Part shown: piece after piece, positions 11,555-24,367 of the stretch
Numbering within the stretch: the stretch's first letter is position 1
Layout: the number at the start of each line of letters is the position of its first letter
NCBI RefSeq assembly: GCF_006345805.1
Contig: NC_043019.1
Span: forward strand, 28,519,360-28,583,359
Direction: 5' to 3'
DNA from: Octopus sinensis
Taxonomy: Eukaryota
DNA length: 64,000 bases
Program-made: the position numbers and the translations under genes
Notes under the pieces: generated by a model
Told to the model about the DNA's origin: nothing
What the model saw: the letters and a program-made list of their open reading frames with translations, nothing else
Databases searched by the model: none

Positions 11555-12822
11555 CTGTAGAGATGGAAACTGAAGAGATGGCAAAGATAAAGGTTAGCTT
11601 GGGAATACATTGTTTGAGGGCAGTGCAAGGGACAAGTAAAATAATGAATGAAATGAGAAATAAAGAACGCTTCTAGCAATGAAGAAAGTTTTACACAAAA
11701 ACCTTTATATTTCGGGTGCAAAGGCCTATTTTCAGAGGGAAGCAGCCAAGGAAATGTGTATTTACAGAGATCCAAATACAAATAGAGGAAACAAGGAAGA
11801 TTTGGAGGATGAGAGTTCATAGTGATTGGCATAGATTGGTATATTCTAGGATGAGACAAAAAGGGGGTTCTTAATGTTGATTTGATGTAGATCACTGGTG
11901 AAAAATCCACAAGAGATGGCAGGTGCAGATAGTGCTTAACTGCTGTTTCTGAGACAGATGTATATTAGAGGTGGATCTATGCATGTTGCCTATAGCACAA
12001 TATGCAATATGTGATCCATTGCATTGTCAGATGACTGCATGGCAATACCGGTGGCGTGTAAAAAGCACCATCCAAATGTGGCTGATGCCAGCACCGCCTG
12101 ACTGGCGTCCGTGTCGGTGACATGTAAAAAGCATCAACCGATCGTGGCCATTTGCCATCCTCCTCTGGCCCCTGTGCCGGTAAAGCACCAACCGATCGTG
12201 GCCGTTTGCCAGCCTCCTCTGGCCCCTGTGCCGGTGGCACATAAAAAGCACCCACTACACTCACAGGGTGGTTGGCATTAGGAAGGGCATCCAGCCATAG
12301 AAACACTGCCAGATCAGACTGGAGCCTGGCGCAGCCTCCTGGCTTCCCAGAGCCCCGGTTGAACCGTCCAACCCATGCTAGCATGGAAAACGGACATTAA
12401 ACGATGATGATGATGATGATACATATATACTTACATGCATACACATTCATATGTACACACACACATACCCTGTTTGTGTCTTTAGCCAAAGACTTGTCCT
12501 AAATCTGTCTTCATTACTAATAGCCATTCTTATTACTATGATAAAATACTTGATGTAACAGGAGAAGATCTAGATATTTAAGCAACAGTTTATTCAATGC
12601 TAATTTCTGCAGTCATGCAACCAAATGCATTATGAGAATAATGTTAACCATTATGATAACATATGCTGTTATGAAAATCTACTTAAATCCAATTAATATA
12701 AGAATACAAGAATAGAATCACTGAATTATATCTTTTAGGAAGAATTGGTTACTGTATTGTACAGTTGTACAGACATAAAGTAGTATAGATTACAAATAGA
12801 TATTGCTCAATGCTATCTTTAA

Positions 12823-13041
12823 CCCATTAGCATTGAAACTGGCCATATCCAGCCTAAATATTCAATCTGTTTTATGATTAAACTGGCCAGATCTGGCCTC
12901 TCACACCTACCCTACAATGTCATTCTAAAAATGAACATTCACATCATTGAAGCCTCAAAGCGACAAGTTAATGCATTATTAATTGAAAACAATGTGAATA
13001 AATAAGCACTACATTTGACAAAAAGAATGAATGCTAAAGGG
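12823..13041. mobile_element. piggyBac-like MITE family 1 (TTAA|CCCTTTAGCATT ... AATGCTAAAGGG|TT)
   Basis: CCC...GGG termini at TTAA-like sites; other copies at about 14855-15080, 33150-33320, 38200-38317, 43200-43455 and 49860-50040. Confidence 0.65.
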
Positions 13042-13589
13042 TTGAGACTGTGTATCCATCCTTCCATGACCATCACTCACACACGTGTATATGGCCTGGT
13101 AACATGTACCATGCTTTCACTAATTGTTTTAGGTGCCTGTGTAGTCATGAATAACAAACAAGAATCATCTACCATGAGCACTGGAATACCCTGCTGGCTA
13201 TTTGCAATACCAGTGTCTGAAAAGATGATCAGTATTCTATATATTATCGTAGCAAGATTGGACTGGCATGTAGGGCGGTGAGCTGGCAGAAACGTTAGCA
13301 CGCCAGGCAAAATGCTTAGCGGAGCTTCGTCTGCTGTTATGTTCTGAGTTCAAATTCCACCAAGGTCAACTTTGCCTTTCATCCTTTCGGGGTCGATAAA
13401 TTAAGTACTCAGGTGCTTAGTGGCAGTGGTGATATTAAACTTGCCAAATAGAACTGCTTTTATTTTATAAAGTATGAGAGAACAAGCATTTTGACAGGCA
13501 TTCAGAATGAGATTGAGCTGTGTGCTTCATATTACAGTCTAAAACTCCATATTACTCCACTTCAATCATTTAATTTTGCAATCCAGTTT

Positions 13590-13800
13590 AAGTTTAAACC
13601 AGTACAATGGACATGTGATTAGAATATCACAAGAAAGAATCACAAAACAAATTCTTCAAACTGGGTTCACTGTCAGGAGACCTAGGGGTAAACCAAGAAT
13701 GAGATGGTTCTATAATGTCCAAAGTCTCGGTTGGTTGTGCTTGGGAATCCAACTGGAAAGTGTCATGATGATTGCTTCTGATAGGACCCTATGGTAGTGG
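13590..13800 (+). mobile_element. RTE-clade LINE 3' remnant
   Basis: Translates YNGHVIRISQERITKQILQTGFTVRRPRGKPRMRWFYNV (RTE C-terminal GHVxR...RPRGRPRxRW motif). Confidence 0.7.
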
Positions 13801-15138
13801 TGCCTGAGGACTCTACCCCCACATAACACCCAGAAATAATAGGTGGGAAATACATCGGAAAGAGACCGTTTCTCCAGCATTTGCTCCAGAGATTCATGTC
13901 TATGCAGAATCAGAATCCGTAAAAGTTATCATAGAATGAAAATGTGATGCTTAATTAAAATGGTAATTAAGTGGCAATTAGATGGTAAACACAATTATCC
14001 AATTATGTCTGAGTGGTAAGCTTAATTGCTGGCGTTAAGCCTACCATTCAAGGACAGAAACAGTCCATTTCACAGTTTTTAACATAGTTTTCATCTCCCA
14101 AATTTTACTCACAAGGTTTTAGTAAAGCTGGTCCTCTATGGCCAGCCCCTAAGGCCACTGGATCATCACCCCCAAGATCCAATCAAACAAAAACCATAAC
14201 ATATACACAAAACATTGTAGCAACATCAATTCTTTCACATGTCTTTCTATTAAACTTTGTAATTAAAGTCTGTCAGTTTTAACTACAAGTGCTTCAGGTG
14301 GTCTGATCAACCTGGTCTGATCCCAGTATAAGCCTTCTTAGGAAAGTTTCTCATATATATTAGTCAGAGGCAGAAGGGCTACATCCTTGATCCTGTTCAG
14401 CCCCTCTTAAGACTAATTGAATGAAGAGAAGAAGTTAAACTCAGACCAAAAGAACCTGGTCCAAATGATTACAACAGAGTGAATTCTTCTAAAAGTACTC
14501 AGGTGCTTAGTGGCAGTGGTGATGTTAAAACTTGCCAAATAGAACTGCTTTTATTTTATAAAGTATCAAAGAACAAGCATTCAGAATGAAATAGATCTGG
14601 GTGGTCTGCTCTTGAAATTAACTTGCAAGTGGCTGAGCACTCCACAGACTCACATACCTTTAACATGGTTCACAGGGTGATTCAACATGACACAGAATGT
14701 GACAAGGATTTGAATTACAGGTACTATTCAGTTTTGCCAGCCGAGTGGACTGAAGCAACATGAAATAAAGTGTCTTGCCCAAGGGAATAATGCACTGCTG
14801 AGAATCAACACCATGATCAAGAGCCAAATACCCAAACCACTAAGCCATAATTAACCCTTTAGCATTTAAACTGGCCATATCCGGCCAAAATACACTCCCT
14901 GTTTTATTTTCAAACTAACCCGATCCAGCCTTTCCCACCTACCCTACAATGTTATTCTAAGAATAAAACAATCACAATCACTGAAATCCTAAAGCTATGG
15001 AATAATAATACAGGATTAATTCAAAACAATGTGAAAAAAATAAGCATTACATTTGACAGAGTTGTCTGAATGCTAAAGGTTTGAAGTAAACTGACGTCAA
15101 AAGATGATTATTAAAACATGATTAATGGTAATACTTAC

Positions 15139-15310
15139 TCTGACCCCCAGGAATGAACATCATAACCCACCACCAAATATTCAGCATTGTGGCATGATGG
15201 AAGACATGCAGGAATGTAACTTGGTCATTTTTTTTCCTTAATATCATTAACACTGTATCCATTAATTCAATAGCTTTCGAGAAATAGTACCACCAAAGAA
15301 CTCGAGCAAG
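15139..15310 (-). CDS. elovl2/5: Elovl2/5 coding exon 4 with the catalytic His box ([57 protein letters not shown])
   Basis: gttttgcag|CTTGCT...GGTCAGA|gtaagt; 172 nt; KxxExxDT and QxxFLHxxHH motifs. HATMLNIWW resembles vertebrate Elovl5/Elovl2 (HASMLNIWW/HASMFNIWW) rather than Elovl4. Confidence 0.97.
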
Positions 15311-18114
15311 CTGCAAAACAGACAGAAGAGAAAAGCATATTTTACACATTATCATATTTTTCATAGCTTTATTAAAAGGTAAAAAAGAAGAGCCTATAAA
15401 CTATTTTCAGAGTCTAGAAACTGCATTCAGGACTTCTAAGATTAATGGGGGAGTTAACTTCAGACCAGAGGCCTAGTCCAAATACCTGAACAGTGTAGAC
15501 TCTGCTAAAGACACTCTGGTTTGCCACCTCCTGTCAAACCGTCCAACTCATATCAGCATGGAAAATGGACATTAAATAATTTAAATTGTCGGTGGCACGT
15601 AAAAAGCACCATCTGACTGTGGCCGTTTGCCAGCCTTGTCTGGCACGTAAAAAGCACCCACTACACTCACGGAGTGGTTGGCGTTAGGAAGGGCATCCAG
15701 CCGTAGAAACATTGCCAGATCAGACTGGGCCTGGTGCAGCCTTCTGGCTTCCCAAGACCCCAGTTGAACCGTCCAACCCATGCTAGCATGGAAAGCGGAT
15801 GCTAAACGATGATGATGATGATTACTAAACAAAAAAAAAAAAGAAAACCATTTTTCATCACTAATGATGAGGTCTGTAGTCTGAAAAATAAAAATCTTAT
15901 TAACAATACTTTTTCTGTCATTAAATCCTTTAACAGTTACATATTCTTACTATTACACAACAGATGAAACCACTCGACCTACTAGAAATGGGAGCTAAAT
16001 TTCCCTGAATTACATTTGACCTTCTTAAAAATGAAGGGCACACTGGATAATGAGGTCCTAAATCAGGTGTGGGCAACATTTTAGAGAAGCGGGCCATATG
16101 AAACATGGCTCATCGTCAGAAGGACCACACTAATGAAAATACTCAAAGTAATTTTAATGAACGACATCCCAGTGCTGAAAGCCAATTATGTAATAATGAA
16201 GTAAGATGGCACCCAGATCATAATCAAAAGCATTTCAGACATGACCATCCCATTGATTGGAACGTTTGCCATACTGTCTGGATATATGTGAATGGGAATG
16301 AGAAAGGCATCTTAGAATCTCATCAATCTTTTAATTAGTGTCAGAGGTGACAGAACGTTCTAAGAGGAGATCATTAATTATGTTCTAATTACAAACTTGA
16401 TTAAGTTCCAAATAAACATAATTATAACACAGTGGCTGTATGGTTAAGAAGCTTGCTTCTCAATCATGAGATTTGAGGTTCAGTCCCAGTGCATGGCACT
16501 TTGGGCAAGTGTCTTCCACTATAGCCCAGGGCTAACCAAAGCCATGTGAATGGATTTGGTAGATGTGTGTGTTTGTGTGTGTGTGCATGTCTTTGTCCCA
16601 CACCACCATTTGATAACCAATGTTGGTTTGTTTACACACCCATAATGTAGCAGTTTGGCAAAAGAGACTGATAAAATAAGTATAAAAAAAATAAGTACTG
16701 ATCATGGCCGTTGCCAGCCTCGCCTGGCCTCCATGCCGGTGGCACATAAAAAGCACCATCCAATCGTGGCCGTTTGCCAGCCTCGTCTGGCACCTGTGCC
16801 AGTGGAACGTAAAAAGCACCCACTACACTCACGGAGTGGTTGGCGTTAGGAAGGGCATCTAGCCATAGAAACATTGCCAGATCAGACTGGGCCTGGTGCA
16901 GCCTTCTGGCTTCCCAGACCCTAGTTGAACCGTCCAACCCATGCTAGCATGGAAAGCGGATGCTAAATGATGATGTTGATGGTATTGATTTGTTCGACTA
17001 AACCCTTCATGCTGGTGTCCCAGTATGGTCGCAGTCCAATGACAACCAAATATAAGGTAGAAAGGTTCCTTAAACTTTCAGTATGAGATAAAGCAGTGTA
17101 CTTAGTTTTAGGTATATAAAACTTTCTGCCCTGCTCAGATCAGATCAGTCAATTTTGCAGACAATTTAAGATTCTTGTCTTATTAAAAAACATTGAATGT
17201 TTCATATTAAAAATGAAACCCAACAGAAAGAGACTGTTACTCCCAGTATTTTGCACAAAAGGTTCAAGTCTATAAGGAACCACAATCCATAACAGATAGA
17301 GTGGAAAAGGGCTATAGCTAACATTTCAAGCAATAAAAGGTATTCTGAATAAATGAGGGGAAGAGAGAGGGATGGAGAGAGAGAGAGAAAGAGAGATGAT
17401 CATACTCTTTACAACATGGTTCTAAAGAAAGAGACTTTGTTAATAGTAATCAGACGAATTACTACCAAGCTAGTAATTAACTCTAAAATTAAATGTGTAC
17501 TCTTACAACACTCTAACCCATTTCATCAGTAGTTAAATCTATGTTATGTTCTCTTAGGGTATTCTAACCTATCTGATTAGTAATTAGACCAATACTTTAA
17601 TTATTGTTTGAAAATATGAATTACTGTTCTTCTCTCTCAGACAAAAAGTCGCCCCTGAAATGTTATAGTTTTCTTTCCACCTCACACAATACAAAATTAA
17701 ATTCAAATTCCTGAACATCATTTTATAGTTTTTGCCAACCCAGACAACCAATTTTTTTTTTCTCCTTGGACTCTTGTATATAACGTTATAATTATGTCCG
17801 CTTAGAACACTCTAGCCTAACAAGTTTGTAATTAGATCTATAATTAATTATTTCCTCCTGTCTGTCAAGTCAGACAGACACTGACTAAAACATTAATCAG
17901 ACTCTGAAATGCCTTTCTCGTTTCTGTCTAGAACATAGCTGGGAAGAATGGCAAGAATTCCAGCAACACAGAATGGCCCTGACTGAAAATGCTTTTGATC
18001 ATCGTCTAATCAATCAGGTTGGTGACACCACAACAACAACAAACCTAAACAAACAGTATAATTAAAAACTATCTTGAGAGGACATTGATTGGAAATATAA
18101 TAAAAAATACTTAC

Positions 18115-18201
18115 TCTCATTTCTTTAGGATTTTGAGCATTAGATTTAGTATATGGTGCACATATAACAGTGTATCCAAGGGCTTGTGTACTTAGGATAA
18201 T
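18115..18201 (-). CDS. elovl2/5: Elovl2/5 coding exon 3 (IILSTQALGYTVICAPYTKSNAQNPKEMR)
   Basis: ttcttacag|ATTATC...ATGAGA|gtaagt; 87 nt, phase 0/0; GYxxxC luminal loop and EMR motif. Confidence 0.9.
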
Positions 18202-18269
18202 CTGTAAGAAGATAAAGTGTAAAAAAATAGTCAAATCAATTTAGTAGAATATAAATATACCAGTCAGTA

Positions 18270-18660
18270 TTTCCAACAAGTCACTTAGCATCTTCAGCCG
18301 CTAACAGATTAAATATCTCCATACTTTCCAACAACTGGCCATTAAACTATTTCTAGTAACTGGCCACTTAAATATATCCTGCAACTAGCCATTTAACTAT
18401 CTCCAGCATTTAGTCACTTCACACTACCTTGAATCTCACCACTTAGTACCTCTGCACCTCCAGCATCTAGTAATTCAACTCATCTATCAGCTATCGGCTT
18501 TATACCCCTCCATCTCAAGCAACTAGCCGCATAACATTTCCAACAACAGTCATTTAATACCTCCAGCATCTAACAACTTAAAACACCATTATCAAGTAGC
18601 CATTTAACACTTTCGCACTCTGAGCATCTAGCTACTTTTAACACATTCAACATCTTGATC
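18270..18660. repeat. Degenerate ~24-26 bp minisatellite
   Basis: Recurrent units such as ttccaacaactggccattaaactat, ctccagcatttagtcacttcacact and ctccagcatctaacaacttaaaac. Confidence 0.55.
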
Positions 18661-19486
18661 AGTCATGGGCAAACTGCAGCCCACGGGACTTTCTAAATGG
18701 CGTGCCTAATTTCACAAGGAAAACAACATTTATTAAAATTACCACCTGATGATGAGCCATATCTCATGTGGTCCAATTCTTGTAAAAGGTTGCAACCATG
18801 CCTGATCTTGACCCAAAGTTCTCAAAGTAGTTGAAACAGAGACCCTCCTCTAGGACTCAATTGAACTAGAAAGTAAAGTAAAGGTTATCTTCTGAAATCA
18901 TGCTGACCCATAAGAGTCGATTTCCCAGCTTCCATGGCTAATAAATTCCCCACCTGGGGGTGGGGGACACTGGTCTGTCACAGGATTACTGATTTTTGCC
19001 AGCTGAGTGGACTGGGCCAACCATCTACCAAATCTACTCACAGGCCTGAGACTATTGCAGAAGACACTTGCCCAAGGTGCCACATAGTGGGACTGAACCC
19101 AGAACCATGTGGTTAGGAAGTAAACCTTGCTAATGCTAGTTATGTATTACAAAAAGGCTAAAAGAGCTGAGGCTCAGCATCCCAGACAGATGTGTTTTCA
19201 CAGAATATTGGAAATGAAGGACATTCATTTACAATAATTATCTGATATCAAAGGAAACACATAATTCACATACATTCATTTATGCACACATATAGATATA
19301 TTAAACACACAACAGGCTTTTCACAGTTTCCACCTTCGAAATCTACTCATAAAGCATGAGGGTAGAGTAGAAGCCACTTGCCCAAGGTGCCTTGCAGTTA
19401 AACTAAACCCCAAACCATGTGATTGGGAAGCAAACGTCTTACCACAGCCATGACTTGTGCCTGCACACATATATATATATATATAT

Positions 19487-19789
19487 ATCACCGTGACCAA
19501 CCAGGCTATCAGATGTTACTACACATCGCTGGTCACAATGCGCTTCGCATTGTTTTAGTCTTCAAATGACGCCACCCCGCTGGCTAAGTGAGCAGGCCGA
19601 CAGACGAAAGAGTGAGAGAAAGTTGCGGCGAAAGAGTACAGCAAGAATCACCACCACCCCCTGCTGGACCCTCGTGGAGCTTTAGGTGTTTGCGCTCAAT
19701 AAACACTCACAACGCCCGGTCTGGGAATCGAAACTGCGATCCTACAACCGCGACTCCGCTGCCCTAAACACTGGGCCATTGCGCCTCCA
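19487..19789 (-). mobile_element. SINE family D (tRNA-like head GGAGGCGCAATGGCCCAGTGGTTAGGGCAGCGGAC...GGTTTCGATTCC), tail type 1
   Basis: Second copy at 34253-34556(-); head-only copy at 20710-20826(+). Confidence 0.75.
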
Positions 19790-19879
19790 TATATATATAT
19801 ACATACACATTTAAAATTGATATAAACAGCTGTTGGCAACATTTCACCAAGAAGGAGAATTATAACTGTCACTAAATGT

Positions 19880-20129
19880 ACTGGGGTGTTAGGAAACACC
19901 CACATTGTTAGAAATAAGAGTTAAAGCACTCTAATATTGTAGTTAATGCACATGAATGAAAACACATACACTAACAGGGAGCATAATTGTCCAAAAAATG
20001 CTGATTGAGATTTTTCGGACAATTATGCTCCCTGTTAATGCATATGTTTTCTCTCCTGTCCATTAACTACAACATTAGAGTGCTTTAGCTCTTATTTCTA
20101 GCAATGCAGGTGTTTCCTGACATCCTAGT
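19880..20129. repeat. 250-bp fold-back palindrome (about 120-bp arms, 10-nt loop)
   Basis: Arm 19880-19999 matches the reverse complement of 20010-20129 with about 16 differences, mostly transitions. Confidence 0.9.
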
Positions 20130-21620
20130 CACATAGAAAGCTTGAAACTTTTACACCCTTAAAAATAAAATTAAAAAATCTTTGGCATCAAGGTAGAGAA
20201 ACTCATTTGTTATACTCACCTGCAAAAAAACTGCAGTGAACCACTGAGCGGCCCTTTTGAACCTAACCATACTATCATACTATCACTTACCTACTGCAAC
20301 ATAAAACCATATTAAATCACATTAATTATTTATCGGCAACCTTTTTACACGACTTTTCATTCTCCATTGTCGGAATTCAAATAGGGTTATGCAGCGTAAA
20401 GATTTGCATAATCTCACCTGAATCAGAGATGAAAGGATTCCATTTACAAAAGACCTCATCTACGAATATAGGCGTATAACATTGTGCAAGTCTTTATTAA
20501 AATGACAATAGTGAGCGCTTGCTGACATGTTTAATTCAAAACTTATCATGAGACTAACAATTAAAGCCAATAAAGGGTCATTTCAAGGCAAATTTCGTTG
20601 TTCATTTTTATCAACCTGCACTTTATACACCAGAGGATGTAGTGTGACTTTAAATATTCACAAGCCTAAACTGTGAATGTGTGTGTGGTGTGTGTGTGCG
20701 TGCGTGCGTGTGGAGGCACAATGGCCCAGTGGTTAGGGCAGTGGACTCGCGGTGGTAGGATCGCGGTTTCGATTCCCAGACCGGGCGTTGTGAGTGTTTA
20801 TTGAGCGAAAACACCTAAAGCTCCACTGGTTACTACTATACTTTGCAGCATTGTTGGTTGTGGTATACAGGGCAAATGCACGAAAAGCTTATATAAAGAG
20901 ATGTCGAAAGATCTTTCAAGGGACATGGTGATGAACATATGCGACAGGTTCCGGAGCCGTCTTGAGGCCATGGTTGAAGTTTGGGATATTGTGTTTTCTT
21001 AATCCCTTCATGCAAACTGCAAAATTTAGCCCAAACTGACGACAGTTGAGCCATTATAGAAGTTTGTACATAGCTGCCTGACCTGGAAGAAATAACAGCC
21101 TGATCTAATCTCCCTCAAAACACATACTATTATTTTTTTTTAAAAAAAAAAGAAGCAGCAGCAGAAAACATCAGTGGAGTTACGTAGCTGTAGATGACAG
21201 ATACACTGTTCGGAAAAAAACAGGATGATTATGGCAACAACAGCAAGCCTGCTCAATTATGGTTGAACCGGAACTAAGCAACATCATCATCATCATCATC
21301 ATAAACATCTACTGCAACCAGTACCACTCCTTCCACTTGTTTCATTAACATATAGATTGATTCAAGAATGATATTTTCTGAAAAACAAACGGCTCACTAA
21401 ATGCCTATTTAGGAACAACCAGCTTGCTTCAGTTGTATCGGTCATCAGATACAACAGGAGTAATTAATAATTAATATTTATTTCCAATGGTAGAAAATAT
21501 AATGTTGGTAGGTATTATTATTACTACCATTAAGTCAAAGGCAACAAGCAGGCAGACTCTCATTAGCACACTCCTTAGTGGCATGTTGTCCATCCTTATG
21601 TTCTGAGTTCAAATTTCAAC

Positions 21621-24367
21621 CAGGCTATATTGTTATTTTTTTTTAAAAGCATGGTACACATGCGATTGGTTTCTTTTTGCCAAACCGCTAAGTCATGTAG
21701 ATGTACACAAACCAACACCGGTTGTCGAGCAGTGGGGGTGGGGACAAACACACACAATGAGCTTTTCAGTTTTTGTCTACCAAAATATACTCACAAAGCT
21801 TTTGTCAGCTCAGGGCTAAAGTAATGGGCGCTTGCCCAAGTTGCAATGCTGAGAGATTGAATCCTGAACCAGATGGTTGGGAGGCAAGCTTCTTACCACA
21901 CAGCCATGCCTACGCCTATGGTGCCACGCTGTGGGACTGAACCCAGAACTATGCAGTTGACTTTGCCTTTCATCTTTTCTGGGTCAATAAAATAAGTAGC
22001 AGTTGAACACTGGGGTCGATGCAGCTGACCCACCACCCTTTGAACCAAAATTTGAAACGATTATGACTGTTAAGTCAGTGAGCTGGCAGAGTCATTAGCA
22101 CACCAGGCAAAATACATAGCAGCATTTCATGCCTTTACACTCTGAGTTCAAATCCCGCTGAGGACAAGTTTACCTTTCATCCTTTCAGGGTCAATAAAAT
22201 AAGTACTAGTTGAACATTGGGGTAGATATAATCAACTTACACACTGCCCTGAAATTGCTGGCCTTGTGCCAAAATTTGAAATTATTATTATTAGTGGTAG
22301 TAATAATATTAAGGTGATGAGCTGGCAGAACTGTTAGTATGCTGGGCAAAATGCTTAGTGGTATTTCGTCTGTCTTTAGGTTCTGAGTTTAAATTCCACC
22401 GGGGTCAACTTTGCCTTTCATCCTTTCAGGGGTCGATAAAATAAGTACCAGTTCAGTACTGGGGTCAATGTAATCGCCCCAAATTTCAGGCCTTGTGCCT
22501 ATAGTAGAAAGGATATTGTAATTATTATTATTATTTTTATTATTAAGGTGGCGAGCTGGCAGAAACGTTAGCACGCCAGGCAAAATGCTTAGCAGTATTT
22601 TGTCTGCTGCTACGTTCTGAGTTCAAATTCTGACCAAAGCCTTGTGAGAGGATTTCGTAGATGGAAACTGAAAGAAGCCCGTCGTATATATATATATATT
22701 ATATATATATATATATATATGCATGTGTGTGTGTGTATATGTTGTGTATCTGTATTTGTCTCCCCCACCCCCAACATCACTTGACAATAGATGCTGGTGT
22801 GTTTAGGTTCCCATAACATAGTGGTTCAGCAAAAGAGACCGATAGACTAAGTACTAGGCTTACAAAGAATAAGTCCTGGGGTCAATTTAATGCTACTAAA
22901 GGCGGTGCTCCAGCATGGCCACAGTCAAATTACTGAAACAAGTAAAAGAGAAAAAAGAATATTCCTCGTTGCTTTAAAACCCTGCCTTAGAAAACCAGCA
23001 ATATCATATTTTGAAAGGGAGAATGAGGTTAGCATAGAATACATATCAAAATTATTCTGTCTTGTTCCATTTAATCAAACTGACAGAACAGTTTTTGTTC
23101 TCTTTTTTTCCCCGCCAAATGTCAAACAATTTATTTATTGAAATGATGAAGTTCTACATTGTTTCCAGACTCTTTGTGTGTGTGTAATATCAGGCTATCA
23201 TAATGAGAAAGTGCAATTTTATGAAGATTCTTGAAGAGTTATGGGGGTTTTAATTTCACAAAATTCCTCATAGAGATTGCAGGCAATGGCTTTATTGGAA
23301 GAAGTCGGCTTCCCAACCACACGGTTCCAGTTTCAGTCCCACTGCATGACAACTTGGGCAAATTTCTATGTTGTCCCCTTGTGGGAAATAAAAAAAAAAA
23401 ATCAACCTTGGGCAAATATCTTCCATTGTAGCCTCAGGCTGTCCAAAGGCCTTGTGAGTGGGTCTGATGGATGGAAACTGAAAGAAGCTCATCAGACAGG
23501 GTAGAATAGGGTAGTTTTTCTACCTGGCCAGCTCCTGTGAACTGTCCTACCCATGCATGCATGGAAAATGGATGTTAAATGATGATGAAGATGATTGTGT
23601 GTGCGTGTGTGTGTGTCTTTGTGTTTGTCTTCCACCACTGTGCTTGACAAACAGTGTTGGTGTGTTTATGTTCCTGTAACTTAGCAGTTCATCAAAAGAG
23701 GCCAATGGAATAAGCACTGGGACTGTTTTGTCTGACTAAAATTTTTCAAGGCAATGACCCAGTATGGCCACAATCTAATGATTAAATCCAAAGACAAAAA
23801 AGATAAGTATAATCTATCTTGCACCAAACACCAATCTAGCAAAATAACTGCCTCCTTTACAGGAGACACCTGCATTTGTTGGGTGGTCGTTTCTGTTAAC
23901 CATTGAAAAGCAATATGAACTTTAATAAGAAAAAATACACAGTGGTGCTCCAGTATGACCACAGCCACACAGCTGAACTGCATAAAAGAAATAGGGGTAA
24001 ATATGGTTGTGAGGTAAGAAGCTTGCTTCCCAACTGCATATTTCTGGGTTCAGTCCCACAGCGTGGTACCATAGGCGTAGGCATGGCTGTGTGGTAAGAA
24101 GCTTGCCTCCCAACCATCTGGTTCAGGATTCAATCTCTCAGCATGGCAACTTGGGCAAGTGTCCATTACTTTAGCCCTGAGCTGACCAAAGCTTTGTGAG
24201 TATATTTGGTAGACAAAAACTGAAAAGCTCATTGTGTGTGTTTATCCCCACCCCCACTGCTCGACAACCGGTGTTGGTTTGTGTACATCTACATGACTTA
24301 GCGGTTTGGCAAAAAGAAACCAATCGCATGTGTACCAGGCTTTTAAAAAAAATAACAATATAGCCTG
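21621..24367. repeat. Inverted duplication pair 21621-21959 / 24031-24367 (about 97% identical)
   Basis: Direct alignment by eye: about 8 substitutions and 2 one-base indels over about 338 bp, including shared non-consensus junctions. Confidence 0.92.

Noticed and set aside
15139-15310. Calling the gene ELOVL4
   Set aside because: The exon layout is shared across ELOVL2/4/5, but the HATMLNIWW segment after the His box matches the Elovl2/5 group. A phylogeny would be needed for a final assignment.
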